DNA of 64,000 nt from Candidatus Margulisiibacteriota bacterium (lineage in GTDB: Bacteria; Margulisbacteria; WOR-1; JAHJIW01): assembly GCA_018823125.1 (NCBI GenBank), contig JAHJIW010000010.1, positions 26,954-90,953 on the forward strand. The letters run 5' to 3'. Positions 22,646 to 31,427 of this stretch are shown piece by piece (positions within the stretch are counted from its first letter, which is position 1; the number at the start of each line of letters is the position of its first letter). The position numbers and the translations under genes are program-made. The notes beneath the pieces are model-generated. The model was given only the letters and a program-made list of their open reading frames with translations. It did no database searches and was not told the origin of the DNA.

Positions 22646-24343
22646 GTGAACGTACAGGCAATCCTCTTCGGTACCATCGGCGGCATCGGCATGTTTATCT
22701 TTGGAATGAAACTTCTCTCTGAAGGCATGCAAAAAATCGCCGGACCTAAACTTCGCAAATTGCTTGAAATGCTCACTACCCACCGCCTGGCCGGCGTTTT
22801 AGTTGGAACCGTGGTTACCGGCATCATTCAAAGCAGTAGCGCCACTACGGTCATGGTAGTTGGTTTTGTAAATGCCGGATTAATGAATCTAACCCAAAGT
22901 GCCGGCGTTATTTTAGGTGCAGATATTGGAACCACCATCACCGCCCAAATGATCGCCTTTAAAGTCCATAAATTTGCGCTTCCCATTTTAGGAGTCGGTG
23001 CCCTATTATATATATTCGGCGGCCGGAAAAATTTTAGAAACGCCGGCCAAGCCCTGCTGGGTTTTGGTCTCCTTTTCTTTGGCTTAGCAACCATGAGTGG
23101 CGCTTTTGTTCATTTGAAAGATAGTCCTACCTTCATAAATTTATTTATAAAATTCAGCACTAATCCGCTCTTGGCAATTTTTGCCGGCACAGTTTTAACC
23201 ATGATACTCCAAAGCAGTAGCGCCACCGTAGGTATTACCATTGCCCTGGCTTCGGCCGGCATGTTGGATTTTAGCGGTGCCTTTGCATTGGTACTGGGTG
23301 AAAATATCGGAACTACCATCACCGCGCAGCTAGCAAGTATTGGCACCTCCGTCAGCGCCCGGCGATCGGCCATGATGCATACATTATTTAAGGTTTTCGG
23401 GGTCATCTATATGTATGCCCTATTATTCGTTAAAGTGGACGGGGTTCCTGTCTTTTTAAAATTTATTGATATCATAACTCCGGGAAATGTTTTTGCTGAC
23501 GGCGGCAACATTGAAAGACACATTGCTAACGCGCACACGTTTTTCAACGTTTTTAACGTTTTAATCTTTCTTCCTTTAATTGGATGGGTTATCAACATTG
23601 CTAAAAAACTGGTTCCCGGTGAAGATGAAACCGTTGAACGCGGAGCTAAGCATTTAGACAAACGCATGCTGCATATCCCAGCCGTAGCCCTGGACCAAGC
23701 CCAAAAAGAAACTATTCGCATGGCCAAAATTGCCAAAGAAATGATCCATCTATCCATGCAGGGACTTTACAACCATAAAGATTTTTCTTTAAGAAAAGTG
23801 CTCGACCGAGAGGAAATCACTGATGAACTGCAACGGGAAATAATTGACTTTTTGGTTGAACTTGAACAAAGGGAGCTTTCTGAGGCTGAATCACAGCAAT
23901 CATCAAAATTAATGCATCTGGTTAACGACATCGAAAAAGTTGGCGATCATGCCGAAAACATTGTTCAGCTGGCACAGATCAAAGTAGAAGATCGCCTCCG
24001 CTTCTCCAAAGAAGGAGAAGATGAGCTGCGGGTCATGCAAAAAAACGTAGAAGAACTTTTTGAGAAATCAATTATTGCCTTTGAAAACAACGACGTTGAT
24101 TTGGCCTGGGAATGCAAGAAAATTGAAGATCTGATCGACTTCCAAAAGGGCGAATTTCGAACCCATTACATTAAACGCTTAAGTAATGGCCACCTTACTT
24201 CTGCGGCTGGAATAATCTTTATTGATGTAGTCAGTAATTTAGAACGCATCGGTGACCACGCCGTTAAATTGGCCAAATGGACCATCAGTAAACCAAAATC
24301 CCATTTGTCGGATACAGACGAAAATTTAGCCCCCGTAGCCTAA
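22646..24343 (+). CDS. Na/Pi cotransporter family protein with C-terminal PhoU-like domains
   Basis: Two QSSSAT motifs, G.N/DIGTTITA repeats, C-terminal DIEKVGDHA / NLERIGDHA PhoU repeats; AAGGAG SD. Confidence 0.92.
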   Translation: MNVQAILFGTIGGIGMFIFGMKLLSEGMQKIAGPKLRKLLEMLTTHRLAGVLVGTVVTGIIQSSSATTVMVVGFVNAGLMNLTQSAGVILGADIGTTITAQMIAFKVHKFALPILGVGALLYIFGGRKNFRNAGQALLGFGLLFFGLATMSGAFVHLKDSPTFINLFIKFSTNPLLAIFAGTVLTMILQSSSATVGITIALASAGMLDFSGAFALVLGENIGTTITAQLASIGTSVSARRSAMMHTLFKVFGVIYMYALLFVKVDGVPVFLKFIDIITPGNVFADGGNIERHIANAHTFFNVFNVLIFLPLIGWVINIAKKLVPGEDETVERGAKHLDKRMLHIPAVALDQAQKETIRMAKIAKEMIHLSMQGLYNHKDFSLRKVLDREEITDELQREIIDFLVELEQRELSEAESQQSSKLMHLVNDIEKVGDHAENIVQLAQIKVEDRLRFSKEGEDELRVMQKNVEELFEKSIIAFENNDVDLAWECKKIEDLIDFQKGEFRTHYIKRLSNGHLTSAAGIIFIDVVSNLERIGDHAVKLAKWTISKPKSHLSDTDENLAPVA

Positions 24344-24354
24344 AGGAGGAAAAC

Positions 24355-24486
24355 ATGCCATTACCCGTAGTCATAACTTTAATCATCTGCGGCACCATCA
24401 TCATCATTACTTTAATTGCGATACTCTTTGCAGCCTGGGTTATCCAAAAGGGCGCCGAATTTGCCAAAGATAAAGACAAAAAATAG
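24355..24486 (+). CDS. 43-aa single-pass membrane microprotein (not in ORF track)
   Basis: AAGGAGG SD directly before ATG; MPLPVVITLIICGTIIIITLIAILFAAWVIQKGAEFAKDKDKK*: one TM helix plus a basic tail. Confidence 0.65.
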   Translation: MPLPVVITLIICGTIIIITLIAILFAAWVIQKGAEFAKDKDKK

Positions 24487-25672
24487 GCCCGAGTTATTGC
24501 TCCCCGCCGGCAATCTTGCTAAATTAAAGACCGCCATTCTTTTTGGAGCGGATGCAGTCTACGTTGGAGGGAAAGGTTTAAGCTTAAGAGCCCCGGCTGA
24601 AATGGACCTTAGTGAGCTAAGCAGCGCCGTGGCTCTTTGCCGAAAAAGCAAAGTAAAAATCTATCTGGCCGCCAATCTCTTCCCCCACCAGAATGATCTC
24701 AAAACAGTAAAAAAACAGTTAAAGAAATTTTTACCCTTAAAATTTGATGCGGTATTAGTTAGCGATCCCGGCTTGCTTTTGATCATCAAAAAGCTGTCTC
24801 CTCAGACTAAACTTCACCTCAGTGTTCAAGCTAATACGTTAAACAGCCAAAGTGTAAATTTCTGGAAAAAACAAGGAGTAAAAAGAATTGTGCTGGCGCG
24901 CGAACTTCAGTTTGAAGAAATCAAAGCCATTCGCAAGCTTTGCCCGGATATCGAACTCGAAGTCTTTGTTCACGGGGCCCTTTGTTTATCTTACTCCGGC
25001 CGCTGCTACCTCAGCCAATATTTAAACGAGAGAAACGCTAATCAAGGTGCCTGCAGCTATCCCTGCCGCTGGAAGTATTATTTAAGAGAGGAAGATCCTT
25101 CCCGCGAACTAGTAATTGAAGAAGATGCCCGCGGCGTCCATCTACTAAACATTCGGGACTTGTGTTTAGCGCCTTATTTATACGATTTAATAAAAATCGG
25201 TATTAACTCTTTTAAAATCGAAGGCCGCATGAAAAGCGAGTTCTACGTGGGCACGGTCGGACGAATTTATCGGCAAATTATGGATGCCTATCCTCATGAA
25301 TTTAAAAAAGAATGGCTCAATGAGCTAAAAAAGGTCAGCAACCGCGCCTACTCTACCGGATTTTTCAGAGGAAAACCGGGTAAAGATCAGATGCGTTTTG
25401 ACAGTTCACAATACGTTAAGCCCTATCGCTTTGTCGGAATAGTTATTGGTAGTAATAAAAAGACCATCACCATTAAAGTAAAAGACCACATTAGGCTAAA
25501 AGACAAGATTGAGGTAATTGATCCAAAAATTGATAAAGTTCATTTTTTCAAGATAAATTCGATGTATTCAGACAAAAAAGGCGCCGTACAAAAAGTTGGA
25601 GCCGGATACACAATTACAGTTGAAGCCCCGTATAATATCAGTGAAGGTTCTCTTTTGAGAGTAAAAAACTAA
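24461..25672 (+). CDS. U32 family peptidase-like protein (TrhP-like tRNA hydroxylation)
   Basis: PELLLPAG, GADAVY.G, HGALC..YSGRC, GAC..PCRW, KIEGRMK; start probably TTG 24461 (track start 24416). Confidence 0.88.
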   Translation: MPKIKTKNRPELLLPAGNLAKLKTAILFGADAVYVGGKGLSLRAPAEMDLSELSSAVALCRKSKVKIYLAANLFPHQNDLKTVKKQLKKFLPLKFDAVLVSDPGLLLIIKKLSPQTKLHLSVQANTLNSQSVNFWKKQGVKRIVLARELQFEEIKAIRKLCPDIELEVFVHGALCLSYSGRCYLSQYLNERNANQGACSYPCRWKYYLREEDPSRELVIEEDARGVHLLNIRDLCLAPYLYDLIKIGINSFKIEGRMKSEFYVGTVGRIYRQIMDAYPHEFKKEWLNELKKVSNRAYSTGFFRGKPGKDQMRFDSSQYVKPYRFVGIVIGSNKKTITIKVKDHIRLKDKIEVIDPKIDKVHFFKINSMYSDKKGAVQKVGAGYTITVEAPYNISEGSLLRVKN

Positions 25673-26379
25673 GGACGCTCGCCTTTCAATTCTTTAACTA
25701 CCGCGGCATAATCCTTTGATCCGTAAAGATACGAGGCCGAAACCAAAATATCCGCCCCCGCTGCGATCACTTTAGGAGCAGTTTCAGCATTAATCCCACC
25801 GTCTACTTTAATCAATCCCTTAAATTTGCTTCTGATTTGCTTAATCTTGGGCAAGGCGCTTTCAATAAATTTCTGTCCGGAAAAACCGGGATTAACACTC
25901 ATTACTAACACCAGATCAATCTCCCCTAGAAAATCTTCAAGCAGAACTGCCGAAGTACCAGGATTAAGCGCGAGTCCAACCTTCTTGCCCAAAGATCTGA
26001 TCTTAGCGATATCTCTCTTTAAATCCTCTCGCTTAATCCTGGTTGCCGTCCTGGGAGTAGTTTTGATGGTATTTACGTCATGCTGCTTAACATCATAAGA
26101 TTCGACATGTAAGGTTATGATGTCAGCTCCCGCTTTAGCAAAATCCTCAATGTAAAGCCACGGATTATCAATCATTAAATGCGCATCCAGGTTAATTTTA
26201 GCTAAGGTTCTAACCTTTTTCACGATCGGCGGACCAAATGATATATTAGGAACGAAATGTCCGTCCATAATATCGAGGTGAAAATACCCTACCCCCGCCG
26301 CCTCCGACTTTTTAATTTCCTGCGCTAAGTTTCCAAAATCACAGGATAAGATACTGGCAGAAATTTGAATTTTTTTCAT
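25669..26379 (-). CDS. rpe: ribulose-phosphate 3-epimerase
   Basis: SASILS.DF, HLDIMDGHFVPN, DAHLM, MSVNPGFSGQ.F, VDGGIN. Confidence 0.95.
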   Translation of the reverse strand: MKKIQISASILSCDFGNLAQEIKKSEAAGVGYFHLDIMDGHFVPNISFGPPIVKKVRTLAKINLDAHLMIDNPWLYIEDFAKAGADIITLHVESYDVKQHDVNTIKTTPRTATRIKREDLKRDIAKIRSLGKKVGLALNPGTSAVLLEDFLGEIDLVLVMSVNPGFSGQKFIESALPKIKQIRSKFKGLIKVDGGINAETAPKVIAAGADILVSASYLYGSKDYAAVVKELKGERP

Positions 26380-26419
26380 ACAAAGATATTCTATACGAAA
26401 GAGCGGGTTTTGTCATTAC

Positions 26420-26458
26420 AAAAAAAAGCCGGCTTACAAAATAAATTTGTAAACCGGC
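26420..26458 (-). terminator. intrinsic terminator of the SLH-porin gene
   Basis: Minus strand GCCGGTTTACAAA-loop-TTTGTAAGCCGGC followed by a T8 tract. Confidence 0.8.
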
Positions 26459-26486
26459 CTCGTAAATACTAATCCGAAACTAAGAA

Positions 26487-27806
26487 TTAGTAAGTAACTA
26501 TCGCTCCGAGCTCGAGTCTGTCAGTTTTTCCGTTAGTTACATTGTTTAACATGAGCCGATAAGCTCCGTAAACAGAAACTAAATCAGAAGACTGCAGAGA
26601 CAGCTTTGGCTCAATCCAGGTAGTTTGTAAAGTTCCTAAACCAGTACCTGTAAAGTTAAGTGCCAATCTGCCAGCAAAATCTAAGTTATCGGTTACTTTT
26701 TGATCAAGTAAAGCACCGATATAGCCGCCTGCTCCGGTAATTAAAACTTCATCGAAAACTTGAGTTCCGACATAGTCTTCACCTAAAGCAGTTTGCCATT
26801 GTCCACCTAGTTTGTATCCTTCTAAGTAGAGCATGGTTCCGGTATTCCAAATGTCATCTAATGTCAGCATTGCAGCTACATATAATGCATTGGAGTTAGA
26901 ACCATTGATACCTAGCTTACCTCCAACCTTAACTCCATCGGCTGGCATAGCAACACCCTTAACGTTTGCTTGCTTTTTACCGCCAGAAGCAAGTGGGTTA
27001 GCTACTCCAACGGGTTGATATAGGTCGATAGAACCACTAATTGAAGATTCTCCAAGCCATGGTAATTCAGTGCTGAATGCACCGATCATCGAATATTGTT
27101 CTGATGCATTAGCGATCAGACCATTGTTATATTCGTAGGCGCCACCAACTGTCATGCCGTACATTTCGGTGGTCATTTGGATCATATCTTCATTGTGGTA
27201 TTGGTCGCCATTACCTTGTGATAAGTTAATGGTAATTGGGAAACCAAAGTCATCGATGGTCGTGTGAGCTGCTAAATCAAGCAGACCATTAGCAACGATA
27301 TCGTAGTTACCAAAAGCTAAGTTGCCTGCGTTGGTTTTGGTGTCTAATCCGATTTCAAATCCGGTGTCCGGACCTAAATCTTTAGCGATATCCATAACAA
27401 CTCTGTATTGTCCAGCAATTGTTCGGTTACCATCACCAATAACCTTGTTCAACAAGCCTCTTACTTGGTAGTATCCGCCGATTGACCATCCTTCAGCTTT
27501 TCCAGCAGCACTTTTAGCTAGTTCTGATTTGATTAAGTCTCGCAACTTATCTTCAGAAACTCCGCCGGTGCCAATGGATTTAGCCAACTTATCAAGCATA
27601 ACGGCTGCTTGATATCTGGTAACTGACATGTTACCTCTGTAAGTTCCATCTGGAAATCCAGTGATAATTCCTCGGTTTACCAGATTGTAAACATAATCCG
27701 CTGCCCAGTGAGTATCCGGAACATCTTTAAATTTTAAGGCAACGGTTGGAACTGCTAATGCAACCAATAGCAATCCAACTAATGAAACTAATAATATTTT
27801 CTTCAT
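26487..27806 (-). CDS. SLH-domain outer-membrane porin (OmpM/SomA-like)
   Basis: Signal peptide, FKDVPDTHWA...GIITGFPDGTYRG...TRYQAA SLH domain, alternating beta-strand C-terminus ending in an aromatic residue (IVTY); own promoter and terminator. Confidence 0.82.
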   Translation of the reverse strand: MKKILLVSLVGLLLVALAVPTVALKFKDVPDTHWAADYVYNLVNRGIITGFPDGTYRGNMSVTRYQAAVMLDKLAKSIGTGGVSEDKLRDLIKSELAKSAAGKAEGWSIGGYYQVRGLLNKVIGDGNRTIAGQYRVVMDIAKDLGPDTGFEIGLDTKTNAGNLAFGNYDIVANGLLDLAAHTTIDDFGFPITINLSQGNGDQYHNEDMIQMTTEMYGMTVGGAYEYNNGLIANASEQYSMIGAFSTELPWLGESSISGSIDLYQPVGVANPLASGGKKQANVKGVAMPADGVKVGGKLGINGSNSNALYVAAMLTLDDIWNTGTMLYLEGYKLGGQWQTALGEDYVGTQVFDEVLITGAGGYIGALLDQKVTDNLDFAGRLALNFTGTGLGTLQTTWIEPKLSLQSSDLVSVYGAYRLMLNNVTNGKTDRLELGAIVTY

Positions 27807-28008
27807 TGTTTGACCTCCCCGGTCATTTTGTAATTTTGGTTTCGAGGTCTTAATTTAAGAAGTTTCCATGTTTCCTTCAAAAAAAATTAACCAAGAAACC
27901 AATCATGAAAAACAGGTAGGTGGGGACCAAGTATACGTCTCACCTCCTTTCGTAAACCACCTATCCTTCAATTTGGCAATATTGTAGCACAGGCATCTTA
28001 TTTGTCTA
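27807..28008 (-). promoter_or_regulatory. promoter and structured ~165-nt 5' leader of the SLH-porin gene
   Basis: TAGACA..TGcTACAAT promoter; two long stem-loops; perfect AAAGGAGGTGA in a loop; start SD held in a TGACC/GGTCA hairpin. Confidence 0.6.
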
Positions 28009-28037
28009 CATATTTTTTGCTGATTTGAAAAGAATTT

Positions 28038-29513
28038 TTATAGGATTACTTTGGGCGGTTTTTTGAAGATTTTTGCGTACATTTCGGGGTATTTATCTTT
28101 TCCACACAGCAAAGCTGCCAAGAGAGGCATTTTTTCTCTAGCCTTTGCCGACATTTGAGCAGAAATGCGTTGAATATCCCATTGCGCATGGGTATCTTCT
28201 CTTAATCTTGCTACATGATAGAGTTCTCTGGCATTAACCCGGATTAATACCCGGCGCTGATGCGCGTTAGTTAATACGTATTGTGCAGCTTGCGCGTTCT
28301 TTTTAGCTAATTTAGCATAAACTTCATTAGTCTCATTAATTATCTCCATAAAAGCCTTTTCTTTACCTAATTCCTTGATCGAATCAGGAATAACTACGCC
28401 CAACGCCGGATCATAGTTTTGCGTGGTAATGGTAGCCATGCGGTGACGTTTAAGCTGGGCAAAACAAGCCGCGGAAATAACCAGCTCGTAGGTTAAATTT
28501 ACAAATTCAAACTCCCGTAAAACCGAATCATAAAGTTCCATATATTGAAAAGTTTTATTAAATATTTCTTCTTTCTGTTTTCCGCCCAGTTTTTTAGCTT
28601 TTGCAAAACTTTCAGCATAAGAAAACCCTGAAATACTGTGTAGTAAAGCGGCTAAAACTTTTTCATCCGCATTGGCCGAATAATCCACCAAAGAAACGCG
28701 ATTCGATGAAACCGGTTCTGGCTTAATATTCATTTCCCGGGAAACATAACTTTCTAGTTCGCCATAAGTTTTTTGGTCGAAATCATTAGCCGCAGCAAAA
28801 AGAATTATCGAAGGAGCAATTTTTTCAACCAACCCGTACATTTTTTTGCCGATTGCAGAAACTTCCTTTAAACTTTGCGAAGCAAAACGACGAAACAAAT
28901 ATTCTAAATTTCGAGCATTAATGGTCATCCCTAACTGGCCAAAAGTTGCTAGTGAAGTAACGTAGCGCGCATCTTCCTTGGCCCACCCCTCTAATAAACT
29001 ATTATTTTTTGGATGAGCTGCCAAGCTACTATGTTTTTTGAAGACCAGTTTCTTTAATTCTTCAAAAAGCTCGTGGTACATTACATTTTGTTTTTTAATG
29101 ATTCCCACAAAATCGTTTTCGAGATCAGCTCCTTTAAATTCTTCCGGAATCACAAAATCATCACCTAATGTAATATACCTTTGCGATTTTTCGGTATAGG
29201 AACCTAAACGAAAGCGCTCCAGATACTCCATCGCCAGCCGTGAAACCCCGATAATATCAAAGTTAAATACGGCATGTTCGGCAACGGAATGGTGCCCCAT
29301 TTTAAAGATGATGGTGCTGTTGGATTTACGGGTACTTTCTACTTCTTTTCGGGAAACGGCGCGCAGCTCATCCACCGGGCGGGGATCACGTGAGATGCGG
29401 GCATAAGCCGCCGAGAGCGTTTCCGGGGTAACGTCCGAACGTGGAGGAGAATTCTTTTTTAACTCCTCTAAAACATCGGTGTCAACATTATAACCAGAAA
29501 GAATTATTTTCAT
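28038..29513 (-). CDS. thyX: FAD-dependent thymidylate synthase, tandem-domain form
   Basis: GHHSVAEH, R.R-x7-SQRY, EDARY, NAR in the N-half; RHR, HAQWDI, NARE in the C-half. Confidence 0.85.
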   Translation of the reverse strand: MKIILSGYNVDTDVLEELKKNSPPRSDVTPETLSAAYARISRDPRPVDELRAVSRKEVESTRKSNSTIIFKMGHHSVAEHAVFNFDIIGVSRLAMEYLERFRLGSYTEKSQRYITLGDDFVIPEEFKGADLENDFVGIIKKQNVMYHELFEELKKLVFKKHSSLAAHPKNNSLLEGWAKEDARYVTSLATFGQLGMTINARNLEYLFRRFASQSLKEVSAIGKKMYGLVEKIAPSIILFAAANDFDQKTYGELESYVSREMNIKPEPVSSNRVSLVDYSANADEKVLAALLHSISGFSYAESFAKAKKLGGKQKEEIFNKTFQYMELYDSVLREFEFVNLTYELVISAACFAQLKRHRMATITTQNYDPALGVVIPDSIKELGKEKAFMEIINETNEVYAKLAKKNAQAAQYVLTNAHQRRVLIRVNARELYHVARLREDTHAQWDIQRISAQMSAKAREKMPLLAALLCGKDKYPEMYAKIFKKPPKVIL

Positions 29514-29526
29514 GACGTGCTGGGTA

Positions 29527-30207
29527 TTATACCAGTTTTTTTAAGAATCTCCACTCGCCGGATTTTAAATCCTCGAGTTCAATTTTTCCGATCCGGATTC
29601 GTTTCAGGCGGGTAACGGTTAACCCCACCCTTTTACACATTTTTCTGATTTGGCGGTTCATGCCTTCGTGAATGGTCATTAAAAACTTTTTATCACTCAG
29701 CCTTTTGATACGCGCAAACGCAGTTTTTTTGCCATCCAGGCTGATCCCTTTCTTCAATTGATCAATTTGTTTTGGGGAAATTTTTTCATTAACTTCAACT
29801 AAATACTCTTTTTCGTGCTCAAATTTAGGATGGGTTAATTTATAGGCCGCTTCCCCGTCATTAGTTAATAAAATTAATCCCTCAGTATCTTTATCTAATC
29901 GCCCGACCGGAAAGATACGTTCTTCAATATCCACTAAATCCAATATGGTTTTTTCTTGATACTGCTTACAGGAAGTAACCACGCCGCGGGGTTTATTGAG
30001 CATGATGTAGATTTTTTTATGCGCAGTTTTTAAAGCTTTGCCGTTAAACTCGACAACATCTCTTTGTGGATTAACCTTAGTCCCTAAGGTTTTGACCACT
30101 GCACCGTTGACTTTAACGTTACCCTTAAGAATTAATGCTTCGGAGGATCGGCGTGAGGCTACCCCGCACTCGGCCAAGTATTTTTGAAGCCTAACTTTAT
30201 CACTCAT
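29527..30207 (-). CDS. S4-domain rRNA pseudouridine synthase (RluB/RsuA family)
   Basis: RLQKYLAECGVASRR, PVGRLDKDTEGL, EG.NRQIRKM. Confidence 0.92.
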   Translation of the reverse strand: MSDKVRLQKYLAECGVASRRSSEALILKGNVKVNGAVVKTLGTKVNPQRDVVEFNGKALKTAHKKIYIMLNKPRGVVTSCKQYQEKTILDLVDIEERIFPVGRLDKDTEGLILLTNDGEAAYKLTHPKFEHEKEYLVEVNEKISPKQIDQLKKGISLDGKKTAFARIKRLSDKKFLMTIHEGMNRQIRKMCKRVGLTVTRLKRIRIGKIELEDLKSGEWRFLKKLV

Positions 30208-30215
30208 TGGTCATA

Positions 30216-31418
30216 TTAAAAGGCAATCCCGATTTCGTAATACTGAGTTTCTTCAACTCTGCCCAGGTCAGAATTATAAGCTTTCTTATAGTGGACCGTT
30301 ACGTTGGTCGCCGGATTAAGTTTATAGGTTACCGACCCACCTATAATGGCGCCTTCTTCTAATGAAACTGACCGGAAACTGGCAAAATTTGGTTGTGAAT
30401 AATAACCAGTGGCCGAAATCTGATCGGATAAAATCGCACTGGCTAGTCCGTTCAGCGCCGGATTAGTATCGGTATAATCTTCATAAGTAATCGAACCTTC
30501 TACCCGATTGGCCAGGTTAACCGCAAAGGTCCCCAGGTAACCATTTTTGCTGGTGTTTCCGGCTTCTGCAGAAGTTAAGTCCACCGGATTGCTTTCGTAT
30601 TCGATATTAAAATATTCGGGAACAAAGCCAGAATCCAGCATACGATAGGTAAAAGAAAAGGAAGCCGAAGCTACCCCCAGTAAATTAAACGCCCACCCGG
30701 TTCCGGCACCGTAGGCATTACCGTGGCCCACTAATTGTCCGGCTTCAGCATATAAATCCCAACCCGGCACAATAGGAACGGTTGCATCCACCCCAAATCC
30801 AGACTGCGCTGGAAATAGTTTTGTGGTCCCATCAGTTTGCATTATATTTACCCCATCTGCATCGGTTACATAATATTCAGTTAAAGTTAAGCGCGGAAAA
30901 ACGCGCTCTTCGGCCGCTACGTAATAAACGTGGGAATAAGTTCCCATTGCCGAAGCCCCGTAAATATCCCAGTTATAAAAACCGCGCAGTCCCATCTGTT
31001 CGTTATTTAAGATGGTGTAATTAACGTTGCGGGTAGTGTAATTACTCATGATTAAACCGTGACCTAAAGTTACGTTATCTAATACCCCATAGCGTAAACC
31101 TTTGGCCCCGTCATCGTATTCGGCATAGCGGAAAACAATATTTTGAATATTATTAGGGCGGTCTCCCCCTAATGGAATATTAAAATCCAAGCCCAATCCC
31201 CACGGCCCCGCTCTCCAATCCGGACTCCAGGCAATCACGCCTACTTCTGATGATCCTTCCTTTACGTAACCCAGGGTTAATCCGTTAGAAAACTGCGACG
31301 CCAGGGACGTCGTGCCTGAAGTATCCGTAGTAATCAAAGTTGAACCAGAGGTTATGGCAAAAGCGCCCGAAGCGGTAAGTACTAAAGCAAATAATATAAT
31401 AATTATTGTTTTTTTCAT
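30216..31418 (-). CDS. hypothetical exported protein, probable outer-membrane beta-barrel
   Basis: Signal peptide (AFA), G/Y/aromatic-rich alternating strands, terminal YYEIGIAF; GGAGG SD. Confidence 0.65.
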   Translation of the reverse strand: MKKTIIIILFALVLTASGAFAITSGSTLITTDTSGTTSLASQFSNGLTLGYVKEGSSEVGVIAWSPDWRAGPWGLGLDFNIPLGGDRPNNIQNIVFRYAEYDDGAKGLRYGVLDNVTLGHGLIMSNYTTRNVNYTILNNEQMGLRGFYNWDIYGASAMGTYSHVYYVAAEERVFPRLTLTEYYVTDADGVNIMQTDGTTKLFPAQSGFGVDATVPIVPGWDLYAEAGQLVGHGNAYGAGTGWAFNLLGVASASFSFTYRMLDSGFVPEYFNIEYESNPVDLTSAEAGNTSKNGYLGTFAVNLANRVEGSITYEDYTDTNPALNGLASAILSDQISATGYYSQPNFASFRSVSLEEGAIIGGSVTYKLNPATNVTVHYKKAYNSDLGRVEETQYYEIGIAF

Positions 31419-31427
31419 AAATTCCTC

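Noticed and set aside
27974..27989. TGGCAATATTGTAGCA, a third GG-N10-GC match
   Set aside because: The -12 element deviates (TAGC), it points antisense into thyX, and it overlaps a good sigma70-type promoter on the other strand.
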